A stretch of 64,000 nt of DNA from a virus (taxonomy: Duplodnaviria; Caudoviricetes), in IMG/VR virus record IMGVR_UViG_3300014205_000019, positions 5,544 to 69,543 of that record. One strand, written 5' to 3'. The notes under the pieces were generated by a model. The model saw nothing but the letters and a program-made list of their open reading frames with translations. It was not told where the DNA came from and made no database searches. Below are positions 31,901 through 39,996 of the stretch, in pieces; the first letter of the stretch is position 1, and each line of letters starts with the position of its first letter. The translations under genes were made by a program, and so were the position numbers.

Positions 31901-32808
31901 ACGAGAATGTATACAACGCCGATGGTACAATTAAGCCACCTGTTCGTGGTGTACCTTCACATGGTATGGCAACCAACCGTATCAACTCTAACTACAGGTT
32001 GCCGGACTTGGGTTCTGGCGTGGCACTCTCGCGTACTGGTCAGTTAACAAAGGCCTACTTAGAGAAGCACTTCTCGGGTGCAAACTCTAAGAACATGCCG
32101 CCTGACTATCTATTCGAGTTGCTTGCAATTAACGGCATTACCGAAGAGGAAGAGATTCTAGACTTCTTCTGGTCAGTGTACGAAATCAACGCGCCGGTAT
32201 TCGCTGAGCAGTTTGATAAGAATAGCGATGTTGCCTTCACACTATTCTCGTACACTGATGGCGATAAGGACAGTGACGGACGACCTAAGGTTTCTTCATA
32301 CCAGTACCTCATTGGTCTACGAGGTATGTACGACACCATCTACGGCTACCAGACACAGCAGGTATTTAATACCAGTGGTAAGGGTAGCGGAGGCGGTGGC
32401 GGTACTGTGAAGCGCGATACCGGAACCAAGAGTCGAGTACCTAAGTTGCCATCAGGTTGGAAGCCTAAGAACGTACCGACTCCTACAAACACAGGAGCAG
32501 GTGGACTACCTCAGTGGAGCGAGGCTATGAGTTACTTCAACTCGGTATTCAGCGACCCAACACTAGTAGAGGATGTGATAACATACTTCCAGAAGAGTAA
32601 CCACCGTATGACTAACAACCATATGCGAATGCTTAGAGCAATGCACAAGACATTCCCTATTGCTTCGGCCAATACGTTCGAAGAATGGTTGAGTGGATTG
32701 AAGTTGATGTTCAAGACAGCCGACCTAGTAACGGCACGAACCAAGACCCTTACTAATCCTGCCAGCGGGGGCTACGATAGCCCACCAAGATTCGCAAAAT
32801 TTAGGTAG
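22975..32808 (+). CDS. Giant 3277-aa protein, likely internal virion/ejection protein
   Basis: Unbroken ORF between portal and scaffold with SD AAGGAG; no catalytic motif recognised with confidence. Confidence 0.85.
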   Translation: MTNFLNPLENVERAVTRAADSVRQYTEQEPSDVQPSMPPAPPPSLQESMNRFREVDRGISIEKSQAVARESVERAPVIPKPVTSTYEGLAQPEMVDADYDRAVTGFRRNVDSYFGSRFAAGETMRQAVDAIVGREPTTIPTSEKIEIRDALDKTPARTAMRQFSNEIWQQIGMQNQNLFLGIALQQAEQFGDVSVTQYQNKVASDAGRAEIFANLLDFVITTPDSASPYLIEFYESLGVVSKREVTEQSPAPSFTPKYSKIPVFGKHIDKVLETINAGIPVVTFDLAVAGLLDREEMSTSQIVRERTLMLFSVKDAINQSIRGLETDAEKIEAFKGQYVHIDGRYTTTENPVIQTMQTEEITTLRGLTPELSKMPIDTFLAALTVPANSIERQRRSDMSIQERYRYGLLTEAERTWFDLGITEATMKVLSEYLVISPKNQTLDRIKYAGEVKQQQIDEARIREYLFSTAEGREAPGVGEGNWTTVLPKGMITSNISPEFLYEMGFSEEAIKDMVGEGFKVPVIGGLMNFAGDLFSGFGLLDAWHDHDAESFLNDPTKPVRLTTVWDSVLSLDNNEEHLDVNGQLAAIQKTFNEKTNPDFLPGGKYRTRLTEIYQSPYTSPEQRNLIEDIAADFENVELNQWTNQYENPGIKMFVDLIDAGKSVEEAIEEVSSWRSLVTRTALGLDMQLMPLGGLVRKGGNAAFRAIRGIPQFEVEGRGIIEGLRAGQVLTRADDDFAEVLGELSVRRMQVESMLGNEYEIAEVITTGSTRGLGVQRVAGLAEDTVIPLNRTKIRMLEDELAEIDRILDSTEDTIRVQKDIFNPRTTPRAIYTGDSISDVFQIYAPIRRVIKQRTSASLPIGRAAMSQVDEGATLTERILSGTALRNKEFSQRASVVSYAFSVTDEFSQMLRKIPLSRYNIETGGKDLILDLKQFITDLATVGKTDNARPFLAKYNTHKYETERFFQTAELVGNEVATGAFKTLRDDVVIITDPEQFKKATDKIRLEATRLATKNGRVDYKKAQEIFKERMSLLYRSEDEFFAHFITEFNSYVTEAVSQRILGKSWNKLDETGKATQNIGVAMQVQNKLAGALSLMMLESPGFVIRNVINNFTVSTLDGIMPWQLFSPFGHPKYFDKYDELFGSINPLTYGFSPKGLGQAEINELRETLASSLFTKNPMGGGIPFVGGLPYMTFRKASAHFEAVTRMRITQKEAVRVMEQLWTPENMVTALNKLDPQAAALFNKLAASGPDTAAFRENLFRALTDHTHSSTASLFYYIDQLEDGTAIFVASKHPARIAEELGFHVPHLNKDALGEFQDVLDSFDPNLLGKGIANSIENSYLNSVKVLGEAGRQFGIPKEAVSDILEVHSTLYAAALGSGLPPKEASDLALSIAANSTMRIRGLYERNEVLLKYIDNPELYRDAYFPYVKGLGMTNRQLEEMVTIPSTPQINRKEILDMLTEEDEALGWKAANEIIDEARKLPSFGGQDSGIIIRRTVDNLSTLRRAATQSQRKTLRADIDKAKDAFIAKHQAEFVNHNRWTPAQVDAYLDDKILAFAEIGDTSIALTGNPNSVFMKVYLKGARPADVRRAIDRAIDNGTLQNKVFRTNTGKRNTRTVVVRRHSGFGDRMEDAKSIKVTDDKLRQAVSADKDIFPSTPRNALGEGLGTPALRATFEEFVKDITELANRVSQQKVAGAAGDIRKLHQTLNLSRQQTMAELRRAIVRETEEGNLDVGRLIEIANERLNRFARTSKERMNVVTDSLGLQAAPLDGDREAKMLARTIGENTTDSFTQLVSEQAPTVAFFKKMYERASSREGSQSLSEAGQEAYDAIRNAVFEWNAEGARVLGHPFVRSISREVDLDELADMTKVPPAIVRRWKSQLDSSNEAAIEWAKSVQPYPTFRPKGWNKSVEVVSHFNENAVVANIPEGVNVAPANIGMAPEPSLTGNLPASGVMGHVFYQRPPEGFFAVITEGDEWASIVPSVKKQSRYGTHFAIFIRKGTPEKEVEEAVRALAKEHYDALLDPKQTATAKATGRMALEKNPRGFYASYQIESPVEATRKLAPFVAKAEQGDMVAKALVQNARYQWLRGWPISGDQRRSLDDAYNTFKRSFSEAAPVGPYLTKLTPQEAGTLRRGVETLIREKNQVMDFGMALGQARADFILHNYNNVNDIDFILRWLGPWHIWPTRTMGKLFTRVVDNPHWYVGYKAFETALELLNEELPDYMKNTLPIDFLLGALALPLKAAGIDTSGFSGGSLNVGSVLFYNDLIGQYQSAGEGATGLGEGYDAIDDFIPMNPMFGWGLNLTGQMGQKDLSLIPDQLIRPAEMITQLGAELTAWTGSGLTSQIIMSDRDIRDVNNEFAASIMAAGEKGGTDPKQNPELAALIEAFDEWGRMSKDGIYMPLLQQLGAQLGIDQAMNPILVSTMVRASRNRTVANATSYLGGHRLTLRDGDQQAVFAAMEDMRDVLGANYETDVERSKAISNWFKDNPAVSVYLRNGKETNDLNALAQTEALFFGGLAEVSAWFDEEYAKLPAVGSNISEEDTATAYTRLQLERDARIAALGAGVYAYTGIDPRSDRNFDIQYRISQPEMVDLLERYNMEEVVPMVYAFGSYRGEETPILPNIDLIAAGSAKDALIAEVEKFAKETGVGAEFVTVGQINRGRVMSQVTSIILDTQAAINMPQFYKKKDGAFTNAVDVDTFFDNQEKVLAELPKTYRDLYNEFMARSLSPEQAIDKAINEWAARTVREHGNATNAWSQSDRSTDLAATLARIEKAYKPPTPKDIATLLDEMTGGLWRNNTDITQSELDELIQVRLDNAARIGDLNTILTAKYEDNIGALSAGLGRLESLRSEPDSPEVRAQIRDLTGYEDENGVWVPGELRHFTTPSGVVITTAEELSEFREAYEFNQELQKLHDADIHIRLDSEQFETWSKYFNKEHSYDSSVSKFLNYLKETKQWQLFDAAVNHFYPDKEAGAFDENVYNADGTIKPPVRGVPSHGMATNRINSNYRLPDLGSGVALSRTGQLTKAYLEKHFSGANSKNMPPDYLFELLAINGITEEEEILDFFWSVYEINAPVFAEQFDKNSDVAFTLFSYTDGDKDSDGRPKVSSYQYLIGLRGMYDTIYGYQTQQVFNTSGKGSGGGGGTVKRDTGTKSRVPKLPSGWKPKNVPTPTNTGAGGLPQWSEAMSYFNSVFSDPTLVEDVITYFQKSNHRMTNNHMRMLRAMHKTFPIASANTFEEWLSGLKLMFKTADLVTARTKTLTNPASGGYDSPPRFAKFR

Positions 32809-32816
32809 TAAGGGTA

Positions 32817-32845
32817 TTGACAAGTTAACAAATGTGTAGTATAAT
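32817..32845 (+). promoter_or_regulatory. Consensus sigma70 promoter for capsid genes
   Basis: TTGACA-N17-TATAAT. Confidence 0.85.
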
Positions 32846-32886
32846 TGTAAGTATGATAGGAATACTATCATAGAACGGAGGAACTT

Positions 32887-33681
32887 ATGACAGAAACTGA
32901 TATTCGGGAGGAACAGTCTACGGACTCATTCCAAGCGAGCAATGGTCAGTCCTCAGAGCAAGTTCAGATAGCAACTTTGCAGAGTGAGAACAAGGAACTT
33001 AAGTCCCGCATTGGTGACCTAGTTCGCAAGGCCGGTGAAGAGAAGCGTACCATCGAAGAGCAATATGCTCAGTGGGCCGCTAACTACAAGGCGTGGGCGG
33101 ACAACGAGATTTCCAAGAAGGATAAGACAATCGAAAGATTGGAAGAGAAGTTCCTTGAACATGGCGATGCAGAAGGTGCGAAGGTTGTTCTCGAAGAACG
33201 TAGGAGCCGTGAACAGGAAGAGCGTTCGGCAAATGCCGCACGACAAGAGGCTGCACGATTACTACACGATGAAATCAATTCCGCAATTGAACAGGCTGTG
33301 AAAACCTTGGACGAAGTTAACGAAGCAGAAATACGGGCTGAGAATCCTCAGAGTTCACAACAAGTGTGGGCTGCCGCTGCCAGAATTAGTAGAAACAAGG
33401 AAGCCGGGCGACGTGCCGCAGAGGTAGTAGTGCCGGTGGTTCCAGTAGTAGAAGATACTAGGGAACAGGAAGAAAACAGCCGCGTTCCGGGTGAATCTCG
33501 GGGCGATGGACGACCCGCCGCTACTCGGCGCATGGATGATACTCATGCACGTCTAAAAGAACTAGAAGAAGAACTAGAAAAGACGAAGCGGTCGCCACGC
33601 GGACACAATAACCTTGCTAGGGCTGCGGCTCTGCGCGGAGAAATCATCGCTATAAAGAAGAGAATGACCTCCGCTAGTTAA
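32887..33681 (+). CDS. Capsid scaffolding protein
   Basis: Charged coiled coil directly before the major capsid gene. Confidence 0.7.
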   Translation: MTETDIREEQSTDSFQASNGQSSEQVQIATLQSENKELKSRIGDLVRKAGEEKRTIEEQYAQWAANYKAWADNEISKKDKTIERLEEKFLEHGDAEGAKVVLEERRSREQEERSANAARQEAARLLHDEINSAIEQAVKTLDEVNEAEIRAENPQSSQQVWAAAARISRNKEAGRRAAEVVVPVVPVVEDTREQEENSRVPGESRGDGRPAATRRMDDTHARLKELEEELEKTKRSPRGHNNLARAAALRGEIIAIKKRMTSAS

Positions 33682-33699
33682 TATTTTAACGGAGGATAA

Positions 33700-34899
33700 A
33701 TGGCTGTTTCAGTAAATAGTGGTATGCGTACTATCTTCGATGGTTCGTATACTGAAAGGTTGAATGTATCAGAATTCATTGATGCTATCGACCCTCGTGA
33801 GATTCCCCTTCTGGCTATGCTAGGATGGAACATCGACGGCGGCGTTAGTGGCGGTGCAGATTCTCTAGCATTCCCATGCTTCAACACAACACATACATGG
33901 CAGAACGACCAGTTGATTCCACAGAATGGAACACTGTCCGGTGCCTACACCAGTGGTGGTCTTACACTTGACTTTACAACGGGACAAGGTTCCTATGTAA
34001 AGGTGGGAGATTATCTTAAGGTTAATGACGCTTACTACGTTGTTGCTTCTATCTCTACAGATGCTGTAACCGTAGTTCTTTTGGATGGCGAGTCTGATAG
34101 TAACCACGATGCGGGCGACCGATGGGACAACCTCGGTACTCTTCGCGTAGATGGTGCTGAGTTCTCTGACCGCTTCCTATCTACCGACCTCAGCAGCACT
34201 TCCAACTACACTCAGATTTTCCACGAGGAAATCAGCGTATCTGGAACCAGCGAGTCTGTAGAGAAGTTTGGAATCACCGACGAGTTCGACCGTGAGTTCG
34301 CTAAGAAGTTCCAAGAAATGCTTATCCGATTGGAGAAGGCTGCTATCTACGGCACCAAGAACTCCCTACCTGCTAACAACGCCACACTTGCTGACGTTCG
34401 CCGCATGGGTGGACTTGCCGAGTTTATTCGCTACAACTCTAGCGCAGTAAGATACGACGCCGCTGGTGCCAATCTTACAGAGGCAATGCTTGTTGACCGC
34501 CTAGAGTCCATTTGGGAACTTGGTGGAAAGCCTAACATGATTATGGTAGGCGCTCGACAGCAGCGACGTATCTCTTCTTGGGCTGCCCCTTACGTTCGCA
34601 CCACACGCGATGAGAATTCCGTGGGTGTTATCGTGAACCAGTACGAGAGTGACTTCGGTGCTATTGACATTGTTCTTAGCCGTAGCATGAATCCAGACGA
34701 CTTGGTAATTCTTACCACCGACTACATTGGTATCGGCCCTCTATCTGGTAACGGCAACTCTCGTGCATTCTTCGTAACTCCAATCCCTGTTGACGGCGAC
34801 CGTAAGAAGGCTGCTATCACTGGTGAGTACACGATGGAAGTACGTAACGCAACAACGGCCCACGGCTGGATTTACGGTCTAGGCACAAGTCTTTCATAA
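33700..34899 (+). CDS. Major capsid protein, SU10/DUF5309 type
   Basis: THTWQND, NYTQIF...VSGT, LEKAAIYG, RRMGGL, YESDFG, GEYTMEVRN motifs. Confidence 0.85.
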   Translation: MAVSVNSGMRTIFDGSYTERLNVSEFIDAIDPREIPLLAMLGWNIDGGVSGGADSLAFPCFNTTHTWQNDQLIPQNGTLSGAYTSGGLTLDFTTGQGSYVKVGDYLKVNDAYYVVASISTDAVTVVLLDGESDSNHDAGDRWDNLGTLRVDGAEFSDRFLSTDLSSTSNYTQIFHEEISVSGTSESVEKFGITDEFDREFAKKFQEMLIRLEKAAIYGTKNSLPANNATLADVRRMGGLAEFIRYNSSAVRYDAAGANLTEAMLVDRLESIWELGGKPNMIMVGARQQRRISSWAAPYVRTTRDENSVGVIVNQYESDFGAIDIVLSRSMNPDDLVILTTDYIGIGPLSGNGNSRAFFVTPIPVDGDRKKAAITGEYTMEVRNATTAHGWIYGLGTSLS

Positions 34900-34917
34900 T
34901 TTGGGGGAGGATGAATA

Positions 34918-35802
34918 ATGGGTAACGCTATCGAATCCGTACAGCGTTTCTTTGGCAACCACTTCCCTAAGATTGATGATTATCGACGTGAAGTGCTGCC
35001 TGTGTTCCTCAGCGGCGACGTTGATGCACGCGAAGGTGAGTCCGCCGATGGTGTTGTTTTCGGTAAGTTGACATTGGCTGCCGTAACTTATGCGGCTTCG
35101 GATGATGGTGGCGTGTTCGCCGCAGAAACCACTGACATCAATGATGTTGGTGCTGCGGACGTAACACTCTTGCCTGCTACCGAGGCGGTGAACGATGCGT
35201 TCTACTTCGGTGGAGCATCCAAGTTTGCTGGTATTAAGATTACACTTTCGACAGCCGGTGTTGGTGATACAGTTGTATTTGAATATTACAACGGCCGCAC
35301 TTGGGTTAACCTAGCGACCGCACATAATCTTCAAGACGACTCTACGGGATTCACGGCAGGAACTTCTACATACTTCATTACGTGGGATGTTCCTACAGAT
35401 TGGGCAACGGTGGCAGTTAACTCTCAGACGAATTACTATGTTCGTGCTAGAGTTACAGCGGCTTCCTACACCACAATCCCCGTAGCAACACAGGCATGGC
35501 TGCTTTCTATAGTAGCCGGTGAGGGTGTTTACTGGCCTACAACGGGCATCGTAACAGGAGTATCATGGGCCATTGATGTGGCGAGTGGTTCTACCGACGA
35601 CACAGTATTACAACTTATCAATCTAACTAAGGGAACCAGTACAACAGTAACAATAACAAAGGCAACTAAGGCGGGACATGCGGCTGTGGCGGCTGTGAAC
35701 GGCTTGGCTTTCGATATGGGAGACGAGTTCGTAATACAGTGTACAGTTGGCGATGCTTCCGAAGCGGCTGATGTAAATCTACTGGTAGAGTACAAGGCTT
35801 AA
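34918..35802 (+). CDS. Virion structural/decoration protein
   Basis: Beta-rich, Ala/Thr/Val-rich, directly after MCP. Confidence 0.6.
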   Translation: MGNAIESVQRFFGNHFPKIDDYRREVLPVFLSGDVDAREGESADGVVFGKLTLAAVTYAASDDGGVFAAETTDINDVGAADVTLLPATEAVNDAFYFGGASKFAGIKITLSTAGVGDTVVFEYYNGRTWVNLATAHNLQDDSTGFTAGTSTYFITWDVPTDWATVAVNSQTNYYVRARVTAASYTTIPVATQAWLLSIVAGEGVYWPTTGIVTGVSWAIDVASGSTDDTVLQLINLTKGTSTTVTITKATKAGHAAVAAVNGLAFDMGDEFVIQCTVGDASEAADVNLLVEYKA

Positions 35803-35805
35803 TTG

Positions 35806-35840
35806 AAGAGGGGGTGGGGGCAACTCCACCCCCTTCTTAT
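35806..35840 (+). terminator. Intrinsic terminator after capsid genes
   Basis: GGGGGTGGGG-GCAA-CTCCACCCCC then TTCTTAT. Confidence 0.7.
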
Positions 35841-35855
35841 ATGATGGAGGTATAA

Positions 35856-36695
35856 ATGGGCGGAGCACCCGACTCTCATAACTTAAATGCCGTACCCTAC
35901 CGTAATAGCGTAGAGGTTCTTGCATCGGCTGCAAGGACAGCAAGCGGCGAAACAGCGGCCAATGTCGGTTGGTATTGGGCTAAGCACTTCACCTTTGTTC
36001 TAGATGTAACCGCTCTAGATACTGACGTGACAGACACACTTAATGTCTACATACAGCGTAAATTGGCTAATGGCGATTGGGACGATGTAGTAGCATTCAC
36101 ACAACAGACTGGTACCGGCTCGGCTGCTACACTTGTCGCCGATGTTTATGCCGACCCCGTGGCTTCCGACGAACGTGCCGTAACAGATGGAACACTTTCT
36201 GCTGGCACAGTACGCAAAGTTCTTATTGGAGACGCATTCAGAATTAAGTGGGTAGTTGTCAGTGAGGCGCTTACGGCGGCTACTGGCACACTTGAACTTA
36301 CACAGAATGCGGCAAACACTAACACGGTTACAATTGGTGAAACAGTCTACACTTTCAAGACGGCACTTTCGACCGGCCCGACCGTTCCGTTCGAGGTACT
36401 TATTGGTGACCTCGCCACGGATTCTATAGACAACTTGATTGCGGCTATCAATGGCGATGCTGGCGAAGGAACCCTCTATTCTACTGGCACAACGGCTCAC
36501 CCCGATGTTACGGCAGCAGTTGGCGATGGTGACACTTTGGACGCAACGGCTTCTGTTGCTGGCGAGGCGGGTAACGCGATAGCCACCACAGATACTCTTG
36601 CAGGCGCATCGGCATGGAGCGGTGTAACGCTAACAGGCGGAGAAAATGCAGACCAGACCTTTACATTTGCGGTATACGCTTATGCAAGAGGATAA
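35856..36695 (+). CDS. Virion structural protein
   Basis: Ala/Thr/Gly-rich, LTGG repeat-like C-terminus. Confidence 0.6.
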   Translation: MGGAPDSHNLNAVPYRNSVEVLASAARTASGETAANVGWYWAKHFTFVLDVTALDTDVTDTLNVYIQRKLANGDWDDVVAFTQQTGTGSAATLVADVYADPVASDERAVTDGTLSAGTVRKVLIGDAFRIKWVVVSEALTAATGTLELTQNAANTNTVTIGETVYTFKTALSTGPTVPFEVLIGDLATDSIDNLIAAINGDAGEGTLYSTGTTAHPDVTAAVGDGDTLDATASVAGEAGNAIATTDTLAGASAWSGVTLTGGENADQTFTFAVYAYARG

Positions 36696-36696
36696 A

Positions 36697-36963
36697 ATGG
36701 TTGAACAATTTGAGAAGGACTTTTATCAATTTGTCGGCAGGATGGACGCCTTCATGACTCAATCCAGCGCGGAGCGTACCGAAGTTTTAAAAGAACTTGG
36801 GGCGTTTCGCCATGAGATATATGGCGCAGGCGACGATGGCGGTCTGCGCGGGCGACTAAAGACCATCGAAGTTAAACTCTACATTGTAGGTGGCGTGGCA
36901 ATGATGGCCCTTAGTGCGGCAATCGGCACGGCTATAAGTCTTGTAGGAGGTGCAATCTTTTAA
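36697..36963 (+). CDS. Small coiled-coil protein with C-terminal membrane helix
   Basis: LYIVGGVAMMALSAAIGTAISLVGGAIF. Confidence 0.55.
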   Translation: MVEQFEKDFYQFVGRMDAFMTQSSAERTEVLKELGAFRHEIYGAGDDGGLRGRLKTIEVKLYIVGGVAMMALSAAIGTAISLVGGAIF

Positions 36964-37802
36964 TGGCTGGTACAACCAACTATCCTACCGCGATAGACGA
37001 CAATACAACACTGGATGAAACATTAGAGGATGGGCCTACTGGCGACGATGTGCTGGCCGAGCATCAGAATAATCAGAATGCGGCTATCAAGGCACTTGAA
37101 ACTAAGGTTGGTATTACTGATTCGGCTGTTGCAACTAGTCACGACTATCGCATTAACGCCCTAGAAGATAGTACCGCGCTCTCTGACCACATTGCCGACA
37201 CGTCCACACACGGCACGACCGGCGCTGTAGTTGGAACCACAGATATTCAGACACTAACTAATAAGACAATTGATGGAGACGATAACACCGTTCAAGATTT
37301 GGCATTGTCGTCTTTGAAAACTGTCCTAGGCGATGCAAATGAAATACTTCACCGCGATGGAAGTGGTGTTGTAACATCTTCGGGGGCCATGCCAGCCGGT
37401 ACAGTTGTTGGAACGTCTGATACACAAACTCTTAGTAACAAGACATTGACCGCTCCGAAGTTAACAGGTTTCTCTGAGGCTCTTGTTGAGAACGCCACAT
37501 CGGGCGCTACTGAAACTCTAGACCTATCTACAGGTACAGTATTCGATATTACATTGTCTGAAAACTGTACCTTCACATTCAGTAATCCGCCAGCAGACGG
37601 TAACGGTGGTTCGTTCACATTGATTCTTCGACAGGATGGTACAGGTTCACACCTTGCCACTTGGCCCGCATCGGTGGACTGGCCTGCCGCTACAGCGCCT
37701 ACGCTTACTACAATGGCTAATGCTGTGGACATACTAACCTTTGTTACAGTAGATGGCGGCACCGTATGGTACGGATTTGTAGCAGGACAGGCGATGGGAT
37801 AA
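36963..37802 (+). CDS. Tail fibre-like protein
   Basis: QTLTNKT/QTLSNKT repeats, C-terminal LILRQDGTGS...WPASVDW domain. Confidence 0.65.
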   Translation: MAGTTNYPTAIDDNTTLDETLEDGPTGDDVLAEHQNNQNAAIKALETKVGITDSAVATSHDYRINALEDSTALSDHIADTSTHGTTGAVVGTTDIQTLTNKTIDGDDNTVQDLALSSLKTVLGDANEILHRDGSGVVTSSGAMPAGTVVGTSDTQTLSNKTLTAPKLTGFSEALVENATSGATETLDLSTGTVFDITLSENCTFTFSNPPADGNGGSFTLILRQDGTGSHLATWPASVDWPAATAPTLTTMANAVDILTFVTVDGGTVWYGFVAGQAMG

Positions 37803-38366
37803 ATGACATTTGGTATGTCGTTCCGTGCATTATTAGGAGCCTCAGGTTCAGCACTCGCTGGCCCTGCCGCTGCTTGGGAAGTAATTGATAGTACGACGCT
37901 TGCTTCGGCTGCTGCCAGTGTGTCTTTTACATCTATACCGACGACGTACAAGATGTTCCGGGTGACGGCGTACCTGATCAAGGATGGGTCTGACGGCCTT
38001 GTCCAACTCCAAATCAACGGTGACTCGGGCGCGAACTACGACCGACAGTACCTGCGTGGTGACTCGACGACCGTCGATGGCGCACGCACTACCGGGCAGA
38101 CATCCATCAATGGGAACCGGAATGGTGAGTCCGGCCTTGCTACCACGCTAGAGATCGTCATCGCAAAGCAGGTGGCAGGCTCGCCAGCAATGGTGCTGTG
38201 GGATCAGGTAATGCTCGACAACGCGGGCACGCCAGCCATGAACAAGTTCAACATCGCTGGCATCTGGAACAACACCGCCGACCTCATCAGCCGCATCGAC
38301 CTCGTGGCCTCGGCTGGCAACTTCGCCGCCGGTACTGTGGTTGTATTAGAAGGAGTACCAGACTAA
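37803..38366 (+). CDS. Fibre-associated paralogue A
   Basis: YKMFRVT, NGDSGANY, WNNTAD, GNFAAGT...LEG. Confidence 0.75.
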   Translation: MTFGMSFRALLGASGSALAGPAAAWEVIDSTTLASAAASVSFTSIPTTYKMFRVTAYLIKDGSDGLVQLQINGDSGANYDRQYLRGDSTTVDGARTTGQTSINGNRNGESGLATTLEIVIAKQVAGSPAMVLWDQVMLDNAGTPAMNKFNIAGIWNNTADLISRIDLVASAGNFAAGTVVVLEGVPD

Positions 38367-38881
38367 TGACATGGACTGAAATTGGTTCAACAACTCTTGG
38401 TAGTGCGGCAGCCTCTATATCTATTAACGTGCCCACGCCCTATGACTTCTACCGAGTGACAATGTTCGGTATCCGGACGCTGTCGGGGATAAATACCATC
38501 ATCGGCATCCGGCTCAACGGCGACTCGGGGGCGAACTACGCCTTCCAGCAGGTCGCCGCGAACAGCACGACCATTACGGGCGCTCGTTCCACGTCGCAGA
38601 CCTCCGTGGGCCTGACGGACAGCAACGGCTGGGACGCCTCGCAGGGTCTGACTGCCATGTTCACGGCCCTCATCGCTAAGCCCGCCGCTGGCGTCAAGGC
38701 TCAGACCATCGGGCAGTCCAACTACCCGGCAGGAAACCCCGCCAACACCACCGGAGAACTGAACCTCATTGGCGGAGAGTGGAACAACACCGCCGATGAG
38801 GTCACGTCGGTCGCCGTCGTCTCGTCCTCGGGCAACTTCGCCGCTGGAACGACTGTCTTACTCGAAGGGATGAACGCTTAA
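38366..38881 (+). CDS. Fibre-associated paralogue B
   Basis: YDFYRVT, NGDSGANY, WNNTAD, GNFAAGT...LEG; ATG at 38366. Confidence 0.75.
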   Translation: MTWTEIGSTTLGSAAASISINVPTPYDFYRVTMFGIRTLSGINTIIGIRLNGDSGANYAFQQVAANSTTITGARSTSQTSVGLTDSNGWDASQGLTAMFTALIAKPAAGVKAQTIGQSNYPAGNPANTTGELNLIGGEWNNTADEVTSVAVVSSSGNFAAGTTVLLEGMNA

Positions 38882-39387
38882 TGGGTTTTGTACTTTTAGC
38901 CGATGAAGTCCTCGCGGCTCCTGCCGCCAGTATGTCAGTAAGTGTGGACACGGCCTACCGGATGTTCCGCGTGACGGTATACGGGATCAACACCACGCGC
39001 CAGAACATGCAACTCCGTTTGAACGGGGATACCGGCGCTAACTACGCGAAGCAGACCGTCTCGGCATCTTCCACGTCCGTGCAGGGGGAGAGAACTACCG
39101 GCGCAACAGGCATCTTCCCGTATCCCGAAGCGAGTTATGCAATCGGACTAGATGAGCCGTTCCTATTCACGTTCGAGATATCTAAGCCTTTGACTTCGAC
39201 GCCAGCAAGGATCGTGTCGTCAGGTTCATGGATGGACGAACCGGGCGGAACACCGCCAGCGGTAGTCCACTACGCGTCTACGGTCGCTGAGTGGAACAAC
39301 ACCGCCGACCTAATCTCATCCATTTCACTCACCATCGGGATCAACTTCGCCATCGGTACACGAATAGTTATAGAAGGAGCAGAATAA
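38881..39387 (+). CDS. Fibre-associated paralogue C
   Basis: YRMFRVT, NGDTGANY, WNNTAD, NFAIGT...IEG. Confidence 0.75.
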   Translation: MGFVLLADEVLAAPAASMSVSVDTAYRMFRVTVYGINTTRQNMQLRLNGDTGANYAKQTVSASSTSVQGERTTGATGIFPYPEASYAIGLDEPFLFTFEISKPLTSTPARIVSSGSWMDEPGGTPPAVVHYASTVAEWNNTADLISSISLTIGINFAIGTRIVIEGAE

Positions 39388-39689
39388 TGCCTGAATACGA
39401 AGTTAACGATGATGGCCGTTGGGAGATAACTGCTAACACTCGTCTCTTAATAGAACCATCGGCAGCATGGCTTGCTGCAAGAGAGGCCGAACGATTGGCC
39501 TCCGAAAAACAAAAAGCACTAGACAATGCAGCAGAAGTAACGCGCTTCACGTCTTTTGCAGCACCACTAGTACAAGTGGTTAACGCTATACTAGTGGCTC
39601 GCTCTCTTGCTACACTTACAACAGAGGAACGCACCGCCTTACGCAAGGCTGCAATGTATCTAGTCTCTCAGGGAAAGCACGGTAATTAA
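39387..39689 (+). CDS. Hypothetical protein, possible fibre chaperone
   Basis: ATG 39387 after GAAGGAG; 100 aa. Confidence 0.6.
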   Translation: MPEYEVNDDGRWEITANTRLLIEPSAAWLAAREAERLASEKQKALDNAAEVTRFTSFAAPLVQVVNAILVARSLATLTTEERTALRKAAMYLVSQGKHGN

Positions 39690-39690
39690 C

Positions 39691-39996
39691 ATGACAGAGC
39701 AGGTTAGTAAGCCGAAGGGCTGGTACGGTCAGGAGGTTGCACGTCTCAGCGGAGAGTTCACCCGCATATTGGCCGAGGTAGAGGCTCTCCGCAAGGAACT
39801 GGCAGCCAATCACGAGTTAACTAAACTTGGCGAGCATCCGATGCTTATCAATTACTCGGCCTTCTATGATAGGTTTCGCCTACAGGAAACAACTATGCAG
39901 AATCTTATCGCCAAGATAAGTCACTTTGAAAGTCGCATTGCTGGTGTGGAGCAAGCCGTTAAACGTCTTACCGCACCTGAGCGCCGAGGAGCCTAA
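39691..39996 (+). CDS. Hypothetical coiled-coil protein
   Basis: 101-aa ORF in operon. Confidence 0.6.
   Translation: MTEQVSKPKGWYGQEVARLSGEFTRILAEVEALRKELAANHELTKLGEHPMLINYSAFYDRFRLQETTMQNLIAKISHFESRIAGVEQAVKRLTAPERRGA

Noticed and set aside
22975-32808. Virion RNA polymerase call for the giant ORF
   Set aside because: DGDKDSDG is not the NADFDGD motif and no single-subunit polymerase motifs were found
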